NCBI RefSeq assembly: GCF_036321535.1
Contig: NC_087437.1
Location: 45,758,001 to 45,822,000 of the forward strand
Direction: 5' to 3'
DNA from: Camelus dromedarius
Taxonomy: Eukaryota
Length of the DNA stretch: 64,000 nucleotides
Numbering within the stretch: position 1 is the stretch's first letter; the number at the start of each line of letters is the position of its first letter. The notes beneath the pieces are model-generated. The model was not told the origin of the DNA, did no database searches, and worked only from the letters and a program-made list of their open reading frames with translations. This document shows, piece by piece, positions 12,059-23,440 of this stretch. A program made the translations under genes and the position numbers.

Positions 12059-12462
12059 ATAGAAAAGCAGCAGGATGCTACAGAAATGAGAAACACACAA
12101 CTGGAAAGGTGGTAACTCATGAATTACAAATAAAGTAAACATGAAATTATAGAAGAAGACATACAAATCACTGAGAGTGGGAGAGGGAGGCAGGGAAATA
12201 CAGAATATTTTTTTCTTTCTTTTTAAAATTTTTTTAACAGTAGGATGGGTTTGAGATCATGTTACTATCAGTTTAATAAAAACAGTTATAGTAATGGGTT
12301 GACAGATTTACAAAAAAGGGTAACCACAAGCCAAAAATTTACAAAGGAGTCACAAAAAGTAAATAAAATCCATGATAATACAAAGGAAAATTACCAAACC
12401 ACAAAAGGAAGAAGAAAGGAACAAAGAGGATATACCAATTCAACTGCAAAGATAAGTTCAAA

Positions 12463-15400
12463 ATGGCAATAAACACACATCTATCATTAATTACTGTAAA
12501 TGTTAATGGACTAAATGCTCCAGTCAAAAGACACAGAGTGGCAGACTGGATAATAAAGCAAGAACCTTCAATATGCTGCATACAAGAGACCCACTGTAGG
12601 GAGAAGGACACATATAGATTGAGAGTGAAAGGATGGAAAAGGATATTCCATGCAAATGGAAAAGCCAAAAAAGCAGGTGTTGCAGTACTGATTTCAGACA
12701 AAATAGACTTTAAAACAAAGGCCATAAAGAAAGATAAAGAAGGACATTTTATAATGATTAAAGGAGTGATACAAGATGAGGATATTACACTCGTTAATAT
12801 ATATGCACCCAATATAGGAGCACCTAAGTATATACAAGAATTACTAACAGAGATAAAGGGGGATATTGATGGGAATACAATCATAGTTGGAGATTTTAAC
12901 ACTGCATGAACATTGCTAGACAGATCTTCCAGACAGAAAATAAACAAGGCAACAGAGAAATTAAATACTACAATAGAAAAACTAGATTTGGTGGATATTT
13001 TCAGAGCATTACACCCCCCAAAAATAGGATATACATTCTTTTCAAGTGCACATGGAACATTTTCCAGGATCGATCATGTACTTGGGCACAAAAGAAACCT
13101 CAACAATTTTAAGAAGATAGAAATTATCTCAAGCATCTTTACTGACCACAATGCCATGAAACTGGAAATCAACAACAGAGAAACAAAGGAGAAAAAAAGG
13201 AAAGCATGGAGATTAAACAATATGTTATTGAAAAAACAATGGATCAATGAGGAAATCAAAGCTGAAATTAAAAAATACCTTGAGACAAATGATAATGAAA
13301 GCACAACCACTCAAAACCTATGGGACACAGCAAAGGCAGTGCTAAGAGGGAAGTTTATAGCGATACAGGCCTTCCTCAAAAAAGAAGAACAATCTCAAAT
13401 AAACAATTTAACCCACCACCTGAATGAATTAGAAAAAGAAGAACAAAAAGCCCCAGAAAGCAGCAGAAGGAAGGAAATAATAAAGATCAGAGAGGAATTA
13501 AATACAATAGAGATTAACAAGACCATAGAAAAAATCAACCAAACCAAAAGCTGGTTTTTTGAAAAAGTAAATAAAATCGACAAACCTCTGGCCAAACTCA
13601 CAAAGAAGAAAAAAGAGAGAGCACAAATTAGCAACATAAGAAAGGAAAATGGAGAAATTACAACAAACAAAATAGAAATACAGAATATCATACCAGAATA
13701 TTATGAAAAACTATATGGAACCAAACTGGATAACCTAGAGGAGATGGACAAGTTTCTGGAAACATACTGTCCACCAAAACTGAAGCAAGAAGAATCTGAA
13801 CACTTGAACAATCCGATCACTAGAAAGGAAATAGAAATAGCAATTAAAACCCTCCCTACAAATAAAAGTCCAGGACCGGACGGCTTCACCGGGGAATTCT
13901 ACCAAACATACAAAGAAGAACTCATACCAGTCCTTCTCAAACTCTTCCAGACGATTGAAAAGGAGGGAATACTCCCAAACTCATTCTATGAAGCCACCAT
14001 CACCCTGATACCAAAACCAGGCAAAGACACTACAAAAAAAAGAGAATTATAGGCCAATATCACTGATGAACATAGACGCCAAAATCCTCACCAAAATTTT
14101 AGCAAATAGAATCCAACAACACATAAAAAAGATTATGCATCATGACCAAGTGGGGTTCATCCCAGGGACACAAGGCTGGTTCAACATACGCAAATCAATC
14201 AGTGTAATACATCACATCAACAAGAGAAAGGACAAAAACCACATGATCATCTCAATCGATGCAGAAAAAGCATTTGATAAAATTCAACACCCATTTATGA
14301 TAAAAACTCTCTCCAAAGTGGGTATAGAGGGAACATATCTCAACATAATAAAAGCTATATATGACAAACCTACAGCCAGCATAGTACTCAATGGTGAAAA
14401 ACTCAAAAGCTTCCCACTAAAATCTGGGACAAGACAAGGATGCCCACTATCACCACTCCTATTCAACATAGTCCTGGAAGTCCTAGCCACAGCAGTCAGG
14501 CAAGAGAAAGAAATAAAAGGGATCCAAACTGGAAAAGAAGAGGTAAAAGTGTCACTATATGCTGATGACATGTTACTATATATAGAAAACCCTAAAAGGT
14601 CCACACAAAAGCTACTACAGCTGATTGAAGAATTCAGCAAGGTAGCAGGTTACAAAATTAACGTTCAAAAATCAGTTGCATTTCTTTACACTAACGATAA
14701 ATCAACAGAAGAAGAAAGTAAAGAAACAATCCCCTTTAAAACAGCACCCAAAGTAATAAAATATCTGGGAATAAATCTAACCAAGGAGGTGAAAGAATTA
14801 TACACAGAAAACTATAAACCATTGATGAAGGAAATTAAAGAAGACTTTAAAAAGTGGAAAGATATTCCATGCTCTTGGATTGGAAGAATCAATATTGTTA
14901 AAATGGTCACACTGCCCAAGGCAATCTACAGATTTAATGCAATCCCTATCCAATTACCCAGGACATATTTCACAGAACTAGAACAAATCATAATAAAATT
15001 CATATGGAACCATCAAAGACCTAGAATTGCCAAAGCATTACTGAAGAGAAAGAAAGAGGCTGGAGGAATAACTCTCCCAGACTTCAGACAATACTATAGA
15101 GCTACAGTCATCAAGACAGCATGGTATTGGTACCAAAACAGACATATAGACCAATGGAACAGAATAGAGAGCCCAGAAATGAACCCACAAACTTTTGGTC
15201 AACTCATCTTTGACAAAGGAGGCAAGAATATACATTGGAATAAAGACAGTCTCTTCAGCAAATGGTGTTGGGAAAACTGGACAGCAGCATGTAAAACAGT
15301 GAAGCTAGAACACTCCCTTACACCATATACAAAAATCAACTCAAAATGGATTAAAGACTTAAACATAAGACAAGATACAATAAACCTCCTAGAGGAAAAC

Positions 15401-16262
15401 ATAGGCAAAACATTATCTGAATACATTTCAAAAATTTTCTCCTAGAAGAAATAAAAGCAAGAATAAACAAATGGGACCTAATGAAACTTACAAGCTTCTG
15501 CACAGCATTAAGGAAACCAGAAATAAAACAAGAAGAAAACCTACGGAATGGGAGAACATTTTTGCAAGTGAAACCGACGAAGGCTTGATCTCCAGAATAT
15601 ATAAGCAGCTCATACGACTCAATAAGAAAAAAATAAACAACCCAATCCAAAAATGGGCAGAAGACCTAAACAAGCAATTCTCCAAGGAAGAGATACAAAT
15701 GATCAAAAAGCACATGAAAAAATGCTCAATGTCCCTAATTATCAGAGAAATGCAAATCAAAACTACAATGAGGTATCACCTCACACCAGTCAGAATGGCC
15801 GTCATTCAAAAATCCACAAATGACAAATGCTGGAGAGGCTGTGGAGAAAGGGGAACCCTCCTACACTGCTGGTGGGAATGCAGTTTGGTGCAGCCACTAT
15901 GGAAAACAGTGTGGAGATTCCTCAAAAGACTAGGAATAGACTTACCATATGACCCAGGAATCCCACTCCTGGGCTTGTATCCAGAAGGAAATCTACTTCA
16001 GTATGACACCTTCACCCCAAGGTTCATAGCAGCACTATTTACAATAGCCAAAACATGGAAACAGCCTAAATGTCCATCAACAGGTGACTGGATAAAGCAG
16101 AAGTGGTATATTTATACAATGGAATACTACTCAGCCATAGAAACCGACAACATAATGCCATTTGCAGCAACATGGATGCTCCTGGAGAATGTCATTCTAA
16201 GTGAAGTAAGCCAGAAAGAGAAAGAAAAATACCATATGAGATCGCTCATATGTGGAATCTAA
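12463..16262 (+). pseudogene. L1 ORF2p (APE endonuclease, reverse transcriptase, CCHC domain), disrupted
   Basis: NVNGLN, QET, GDFN, TDH (EN); QGCPLSP, YADD (RT); CWRGC..HCWWEC (C-terminus). Lesions: in-frame TGA 12907-12909, +1 A in run 14034-14041, -1 at ~15420, +2 (TT) at 15508-15509; repaired length 1265 aa. Confidence 0.95.
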
Positions 16263-16358
16263 AAAAGAAAAAGAAAAACAAACAAACAAACAAAAACAAA
16301 GTGTAAACAAAGGACAGAAATAGACTCACAGACAGAGAATACAGACTTGTGGTTACCA

Positions 16359-16390
16359 GGGGGGTGGAGGGTGGGAAGGGATAGACTGGG
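16359..16390 (+). other. G-rich tract / G-quadruplex motif of the L1 3' UTR
   Basis: GGGGGGTGGAGGGTGGGAAGGGATAGACTGGG contains five runs of at least 3 G; a polypurine tract is a known L1 3' UTR feature. Confidence 0.65.
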
Positions 16391-17104
16391 ATTTCAAAAT
16401 TGTAGAATAGACTACACTGTATAGCACAGGGAAATATACACAAAATGTTATGATAACTCACAGAGAAAAAAATGTGACAATGAGTGTGTATATGTCCATG
16501 AATAACTGAAAAATTGTGCTGAACACTGGAATTTGACACAACATTGTAAAATGATTATAAATCAATAAAAAATGTTAAAAAAAAAAAAAAAGAGCAACAA
16601 GGAAGCCTTTTTAGAGGGGGTTGGAAATGTGACCAGATTTGCCTCTTAAAACAATCACTAAAATTGTAATCCTGAGAGTACGTTCTGGGTATAAATAGAT
16701 TGCAGTTAACCCAAGGAGAGCTCCCTGAGGCCCCGTGACTCCATCAGTCAGCCTTTACTCAATGAACCATGGCCTCCTAGCCCCACTCCTGGCCAAGAAG
16801 GGTCACCGGACAACACAGCTAGCCAGGCTTCTGGTAACCACGGGCATGGCTGGTCTGGCCTTCAGGCTAAAAGCTATGGGGATAAAAGACATCCAAAGGC
16901 CCAGCATGCAGGTGAGGCTGGAGTCGTAAATCAAAACACACTCCAAACCAAACCCTGGGTCTAAAGAGACCAGAGACAGAGAGCCAGTCAAAGAGAGCAT
17001 AACCAGAAGTAAAGCAAGCCGGGGCAGCCGGCTGAACAAGTAGTCTGCAGAGACACCATCAACTGCCAAAATGCAGAAAAGGGTCTTTTTCATAGGGGGT
17101 TATA

Positions 17105-17670
17105 ATAGTTGTCTATTGCCATGTCACAAATCACCCCCAAAAGCTAATGGCGTAAACTGACAATGATTTTATTTGCTCATGATTCTGTAAATAGCACTTT
17201 GGTCTGGGCTCAGCTGGGCAGCTCTTCTGTTGGTCTGTTGGTTCTGCCTGAGGTCACTCCTGCAGCTATAGTCACCTGGTGAATGAGTGGGGCTGGGCGG
17301 CCTAAGATGGCCTTGCTCATGCGCCTGGTGGCTGGTGCTGACCCCTGGCTATCTGGTCTAGGGAGACTTAGCTGGGTTGGTCTATCTCCACTCTACGTGA
17401 CCTCTCATCTTATTGTTAGACCATGTTTTCCATATATCAACTGCAGAGCAACATTCCAAGATAGTGAAAACTGAAGTTTAAGGCCTGTTACTGGAATTCT
17501 TACAACATTATCTTCACCACAGTCAACTGGTCAGAGTGAAGCCCAAGGCCAGTCCCAAGTCACGGGGCCCCAAGAAGAGACCTCACCTCTCAGTGGGAGG
17601 AGCATCCAAATCACACTGGAAAGGGGCTAGCGCCTAGGCAGAGGAGAAGTTGTTGCAGTCAGTTTGGCGA
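17105..17670 (-). mobile_element. MaLR LTR (MLT1 family)
   Basis: TATTGCCATGTCACAAATCACCCCCAAA...TTGCTCATGATTCTG...GGGCTCAGCTGGGCAG...CCTAAGATGGCC. Confidence 0.7.
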
Positions 17671-20059
17671 ACAGTGTATCCCAGGGACTCACAGGGGACT
17701 CGGTCAGTCCAGAGGCCTCTTGGAGCCCATGAAAGTACAAATGGCCAAGCAACTATCGTACCAGCTCATTTCTCAATAGGCTTAACAGCAGCAGGACATC
17801 TTTGTTTTCCAAAAGGAGTCAAAGTAGTTCAGATCCATAAATGTCATGCCATATTGAGAGCCATCAGTTATCTGGAAAGTAATTTCATCCACAGGTGCTT
17901 TTAACAGAGATTTGAATTATAAACAAAACCTTTAAGGGGAAATATTACACAGTCAGTGAATTTCTGGTTTTGTATATTTCATAACAGTGTTTATTTTAAC
18001 TTAGCTTCAATTCACTCAACCACGTAATACATTTACCTCAATAACTCCACCGATGAACTAAGTTAGGCACCTTCTAACCAACATATAGAGTTAACGCTAG
18101 TCATTTCTGATAGGATTAGAGAAAACGGATCATCTTTCTCTGATAGGTGACTCACTCTGAGTATATTTTCACTAGGTTTTAACACCTTCATAAGGGAAAT
18201 TCAGGAGTAGAAAGTCAAATCAACACATAAGTCTGTGTCTATGTAACCATAACATGCCTGGCTTAAAGGGAGATAAATATGTAGTCAAATTTTTTTAAAT
18301 TATTGGGTCAAACGTTTTATATAAACACAGCCTTGGCAAGCACAGGTCAAGAAATTCTCTTTTGGCAACCAACTTGACAAACGTGCATGGAGCCTCTGGC
18401 GGATGCAGGAAATGGGCTAAAGGAGATAAACACATCTTCCCCTTAAGAACCTTTCAGTCTAGCAGGGAGATGGACTGCGACACCACTGTGCCCAAGATTC
18501 TCGACTGGGTCCAAACCAATGAACCAGTGGTCCACACTTTTCTCCTTAAGGTGGTTGTCGGATATGAGTAAAGAAAATGAGGCATTTTTTCATAAAATTA
18601 AGGAAAGGAAAGCAAGTTGAAATATCTTTATCTTCTAGGGTAGAAATGTTATGTGATCAAGACAAATCCAATACATATAAATTTTTTTAAATGGCAAAAA
18701 AAAAATAGTTGTGCTCAGTTGGAAAATAATGAAGACTTTGGGAAACATTATTTTGAAATAAGCCCCTGTAGAGTTTAAGCTAAAATACATAAGAAGGTCT
18801 GAGTTAAATCTGCTGCAGAGTATCCAAATTGTTCAGGCCTCTAATGAACTGCTTACAATATTCTTGAAATATTCAGAACTGGAAAGAAACCCACCAAAGT
18901 CTAGGAGAAAATGCCATGACATCTTTACAAACCACCAACTTTCTAATGTACCCAGCTTTGTTTTCTCACTAAAAAAGTGCTAGGCAGAGGATGAGAGGAA
19001 TTACAGAAACCTGTTTAAAGCATCCAGGATATAATGGCATCATGACTAATGAGTTCCAGGCTTTTTTAAAGGAAAAAAAAATCATATTAGACAAATCTGG
19101 GAAATGTTCTGAGAGAATGCCAGAATTAATGAATGGAACACAGTAGGTGTTGATTTTGTCATTGTAAGTTAAGCCTTTTACTTTGCAGTCAAGGAATGAA
19201 AAATAAATATCAAACCAGCCTGACCATTTCTCCTGATTTAATAGCTTAATTTCCAGAAATGCCAGTGAAAAAGAGCACAAATGTTTGCCTAGGCCAATTC
19301 TTCTTTATTAGAGTTCACCCATTTTCTCTTTTTCACAGGAAGGCAGTACCTAACAGAACTTAATTAAGTTTATTTTTTATGGCATGAACCACACTGCCCT
19401 ACAAAAGCAAGCTTGTCAGAAGCAAGTAAGGAGGGTATGTCCCAGAACCCAGCCCATAAAAAAGCGTGCCAAGACCACCCCAGGCTTCCGTGGTCCTTGC
19501 ACCTGGAGGCTAGTGCAACAACAAGGACTCTGTTTCTCACACATTAAGATAACAGACTTTGTACATTGAGCCAGGGCAGCAATGGAAACACCCTACATCC
19601 ATGTCAAGAAAGGAACAGTGTCTCTGGGAGATTCTATTTAGCCCTAATGACACCTCTTTTACCACCTAGGCTTGTAGTTTCTATGTTCTTTCTTCACCTT
19701 AACATTGAGAAAGGGTGACAGAAGGATTCTGCCTGGCCCCCTTTGAAAGTGCTGAAGGTACCAGGCGTCATGAAACTTCCTTAAGGTCAACAGGTGCTTA
19801 AATGAATAGCAGTTTATTCTGGCAGAGGAGCTGATAGGTCAGAGCCTCGGGAATCAAGTTGCTAGAATGACTTGCTGGCTAATGTTTTTGACTGGCTTGA
19901 CCCCAGCAAAGTGACTCGTTCTCTGTCAAAGTTAAGTGACATGTATAAGTTTAAAAGAGGATCTACATCAGGTATATAATTCAAATGGAAATAAAATCAA
20001 ATGGCATTGTTGTACCTGTTCTGAGAAAGCTAATGAGAAACATTCATAGAAGTAGAGAT

Positions 20060-20580
20060 GCTTCTGGTAGGAGAAGGTCAATAGTGTATAAAAATAAAAG
20101 CAAAATAAGAGTTGCTTAAGAAAATTAGAAGTTTATGATACTTAAAATAAATTCAGGTGTAGACAGTGCAGGTTTGGTATGAAAGTATCATAGTGACATC
20201 AGAAATGCAAGCTTATCTCTCTGCTCCACTAACTTACTAAATGGCTTTCATTTCCAAGATTGTTTCATAGTCCAAGGTGGCTGGTGGAGCTCCAGCCATT
20301 ACAAATGCATTCCACACAACAGGAAAAGAAATGGGAGAAAAGGCAAAAAGGCCTTCTTCCCAGCCAAGTTAGCCCCTCTTAAACACTCTTTCCAGAAGTC
20401 TCACGGAAGACTTCAGCTTGCATCTCACTGGCGAGATCTTAGTTACACGGCAATACTCAGTGGCAAGGAAGGCTGGGGAAAATATTCTTGAGATATCATC
20501 ACCCTCCAAGATATAAATCAGGATTCATTCAAAAAGAAAGGAGGATGGATGTCTGGGTGAGCAACTACCATCTCCTGACC
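20060..20580 (-). mobile_element. Old MaLR LTR (MLT1J/K-like)
   Basis: TCCAAGGTGGCTGGTGGAGCTCCAGCCATTACA...CATCTCACTGGC...CTTAGTTACACGGC...CAAGGAAGGCTGGGGAA. Confidence 0.6.
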
Positions 20581-20790
20581 CATTTGATTTTTCCCCCTTG
20601 TTTATGAAGCTTAATTTGTGACTATGTGATGACAGAAAGCAGATTGGTGGTGGCCTGGAGATAGGAGGGGGAATTATGAAAGGACATGAGGCACCTTGTA
20701 GGAGTGATGGACATATCCACTCTCTTATGACGATGTTTCACAGCTCCACACACACGTCAAGTTGTGTGCATGAATACAGGCAAGGTATTG

Positions 20791-21136
20791 TGCTGTAGAC
20801 CAAATGTTTGTGTCTCCTTAAAGATTCATGGGTTGAAACCTAACCCCCAATGGGATGGTATTTGGAGGTGGGGCCTTTGGGAGGTGATTAGGTCATAAGG
20901 GTGGATCCCTCATGAATGAGATTAGTGCCTTCATATAAAAGACCCCAGAGTGCTCCCTGGATCCCTCTGCCACATGAGGACACAGGGAGTAGATGGCTGT
21001 CTCACTAGACACCAAATCTGCTGGAGCCTTGATCTTGGACTTCCAGCCTCATGAAGTGTAAGAAATAAACCTCTGTTGTTTATAAGCCACCTTGTCTAGG
21101 GTACTTTTGTTACAGCAACCTGAACAGACTAAGACA
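20791..21136 (+). mobile_element. MLT1A-type solo LTR inserted into an old L1 3' end (~20630-21180)
   Basis: TG...CA termini (TGCTGTAGACCAAATG...GACTAAGACA), GGTATTTGGAGGTGGGGCCTTTGGGAGGTGATTAGGTCAT core, 5-bp TSD TATTG/TACTG. Confidence 0.85.
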
Positions 21137-21599
21137 TACTGTACATTAATTATATATCAGACCTATTAAAAATGTAAAATGAAAAACTAAAAAAGGTGAA
21201 AGTAACAGAATATACACATGCACACACACACACTTTTCAGGAAACCAAGCTCTAGTGCTATTAGTAGAATAGTTAGTCTCTCCTCATTGTGGAATTGCTT
21301 TTTAAAATACTCCTTGTAAGAGATTTAGAGGTTCTTGTAAAATCTGTGAACAGAGAGATAATAATGGTGGTATTAAGATAATCTACTGCACTGTCTCGGA
21401 AGTAAAGACTGCCAAGTGGGCAACAGAAGGTGTCTTTCATTCACCAATTTTTAAAAAGCAAAAGACTTCGCTTGGAACTAAAACTCATTAGATTTATTAT
21501 TTTTGATTCTCCTTATAGATAGCTAAGGAGACTTTGGTAGGAACAATTATGTCTTTCAGAGTGAACAGCAGAGAACTGACAAGAATTCAAAGGTTCTAT

Positions 21600-22264
21600 C
21601 TCCCACAGAGAGAGTGAATGGATATATTCTGGTTATTCACCCATAATCTCAGCCCCAATCCCACCCTGCTGGACTCTGCTCTGTGACCATGAGGCTGGAA
21701 CTCTGCCAACCATGGATCCCAGGTTCCAGTCGGACTCTGCACTGACAGGCAGTTAGAAAGTGAGATGAGGGGAGGAGGAGCACACTCCTCCTCTTTCCAG
21801 CAAGACCCCCTCATCTCTCCCACCATAGTGGGCAGGCAGGCTCCAGCCCCCAGCATCTCTCAGCACCACCAGCACCAGCCACACTAGTATCCCCTGCCCA
21901 CTGGGCCACCCCCTCCTCAGCCATCCAGACACCATCTGGGCCATGTCCTCAGAAATCCAAGTTCCAGCTGGAGGCACCCAAGATCTGAGCACCAGCTACA
22001 CAGCACCCCCTCATCAGAGACCAAGTCACCAATCCCTTGAGAGTTCAGAGACTAGCCGGCTGGCCTCTCCTCTAAGCTCCAGACTTTGGTAATACAACTA
22101 GTTCTCTTTGTTTCTCTGCTCTCAGGGATAATAGCTTCTTTATAAAGTCCCTAATCGTGAGGTTATGCTGTCACCCCCTCTTGCTCCCTCAAATTTCCAA
22201 TACCCATATAATCAGTTCCCTATACTTAACCCTTTCTGTTTGAAGTACTGACCAGACCTTGACA
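21600..22264 (+). mobile_element. ERVL LTR relic (LTR33-like)
   Basis: 3' end CAGTTCCCTATACTTAACCCTTTCTGTTTGAAGTACTGACCAGACCTTGACA resembles the recalled LTR33 end; left boundary uncertain. Confidence 0.45.
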
Positions 22265-22809
22265 GTAAAGGAGATTCACTTCAAAAAAAAAAAATTGCAG
22301 CTCCTGGATGCCCTGTAAAAATGAGCTTTAAAGGACCTTTTGTCATCAGTATCAGAGTCCACTAATGATGGATCAACCCTGCCAGCCTGGCTTTCCAGGG
22401 GAAAAGGGGGTACACCTAGTAGCCAGATCCAACACCAAAGTGCAGGCAAGTGTTTAACTGAGGAGCACCCAGGTGAGAACCAGAGAGCCCGGCTTCTGAG
22501 CCATAGCTGGGCCTCTGCCTCCCCCCCCCCTCGCCCCCCACTCACTGGAGCAACGTCCCTAGCCTCTCTGAGCTTGATTGTACTCATCTGCAAAGTGAGA
22601 GGGCTCAACTAGATGACCTTTAACTTTTCCTTTAATTTTCATTTTGTATAAGCTTTAAAAATCTTTTGGTCTCAGTTTCTTCATCCAAAAAAATCACAGA
22701 ATCTGAAAAATCAGAAAGTCATAAAACTAAATGGTAACTATTCCTCTGCAAAGGTTGTTTTAAAGACACCACTTACTAACAGTTTTAATGATAGCTTGAG
22801 GACAATTAA

Positions 22810-23440
22810 TCTCAAGACAATTCTTGAGCATCTCACTAAGTGGTAGGTATTATGACACAAGGCTGAAGACACAGACACCAGTATGAAACACTTCTTGCCT
22901 TAAAAAAATGTATAATGTAATAAGGGAGACAGAACTAGAACAAAAACCACAATGCTGTGTGAAATATGCAAAAAGGAAGTCACAAGGAGATGGCTTCCCA
23001 GAGGAGGTGATGTCTGAGTTGGGTTTTGAAGGAAGAATAGGAGTTTGCTTGGCAGATAAAGGAGGAAGGGCATTCCCAGCAAACATAACATTGCAAAGAC
23101 AGAGGAGTGAAAAAGCTCACAATGTTTTCAGAGAAGTGTAGACCATTCAACACTGTGGAAGCCTAAATCGTGTTGAAGTGGTAAAGATGAAGGTTAAGGA
23201 TGGTCATAACATTCTAAGAGGTTTGGACCTCACCTTGTAGCACCTGGAGACCATTGCGGAGTTTTCAGAAGAGGACTGATGCAGTTCAGAAAAGTTATTT
23301 TAGAAAAAGTGATTCTGCAGCACCACAGAGAATCAATTAGAGGCTGGCAGCCCAGCTAAGAGGCGATGGCCATCACCCAGGCCACAAGTGATGAAGGCTG
23401 GAACTAAGGCAGTCACAGTGGGAAGGGCAGATTTGAGAAA
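22810..23440 (-). mobile_element. L2 fragment
   Basis: GGCTTCCCAGAGGAGGTGATGTCTGAGTTGGGTTTTGAAGGAAGAATAGGAGTT...GGGCATTCCCAGC. Confidence 0.7.

Larger units (their letters stand above)
9487..16589 (+). mobile_element. Full-length LINE-1 (about 7.1 kb), inactivated
   Basis: Starts (GG)GGTCAAGGAAGATGGTGGAGTAG; GC-rich 5' UTR, ORF1, spacer, ORF2, 3' UTR, AATAAA (16564-16569) and poly(A) (16577-16591); TSD AAGAGCAGCAAGG (9474-9486) / AAGAGCAACAAGG (16590-16602) at a TT/AAGA endonuclease site. Confidence 0.97.

Noticed and set aside
11256..15760. Several minus-strand ORFs up to 202 aa opposite L1 ORF1/ORF2
   Set aside because: Expected shadow ORFs of A-rich L1 coding sequence; hydrophobic low-complexity translations
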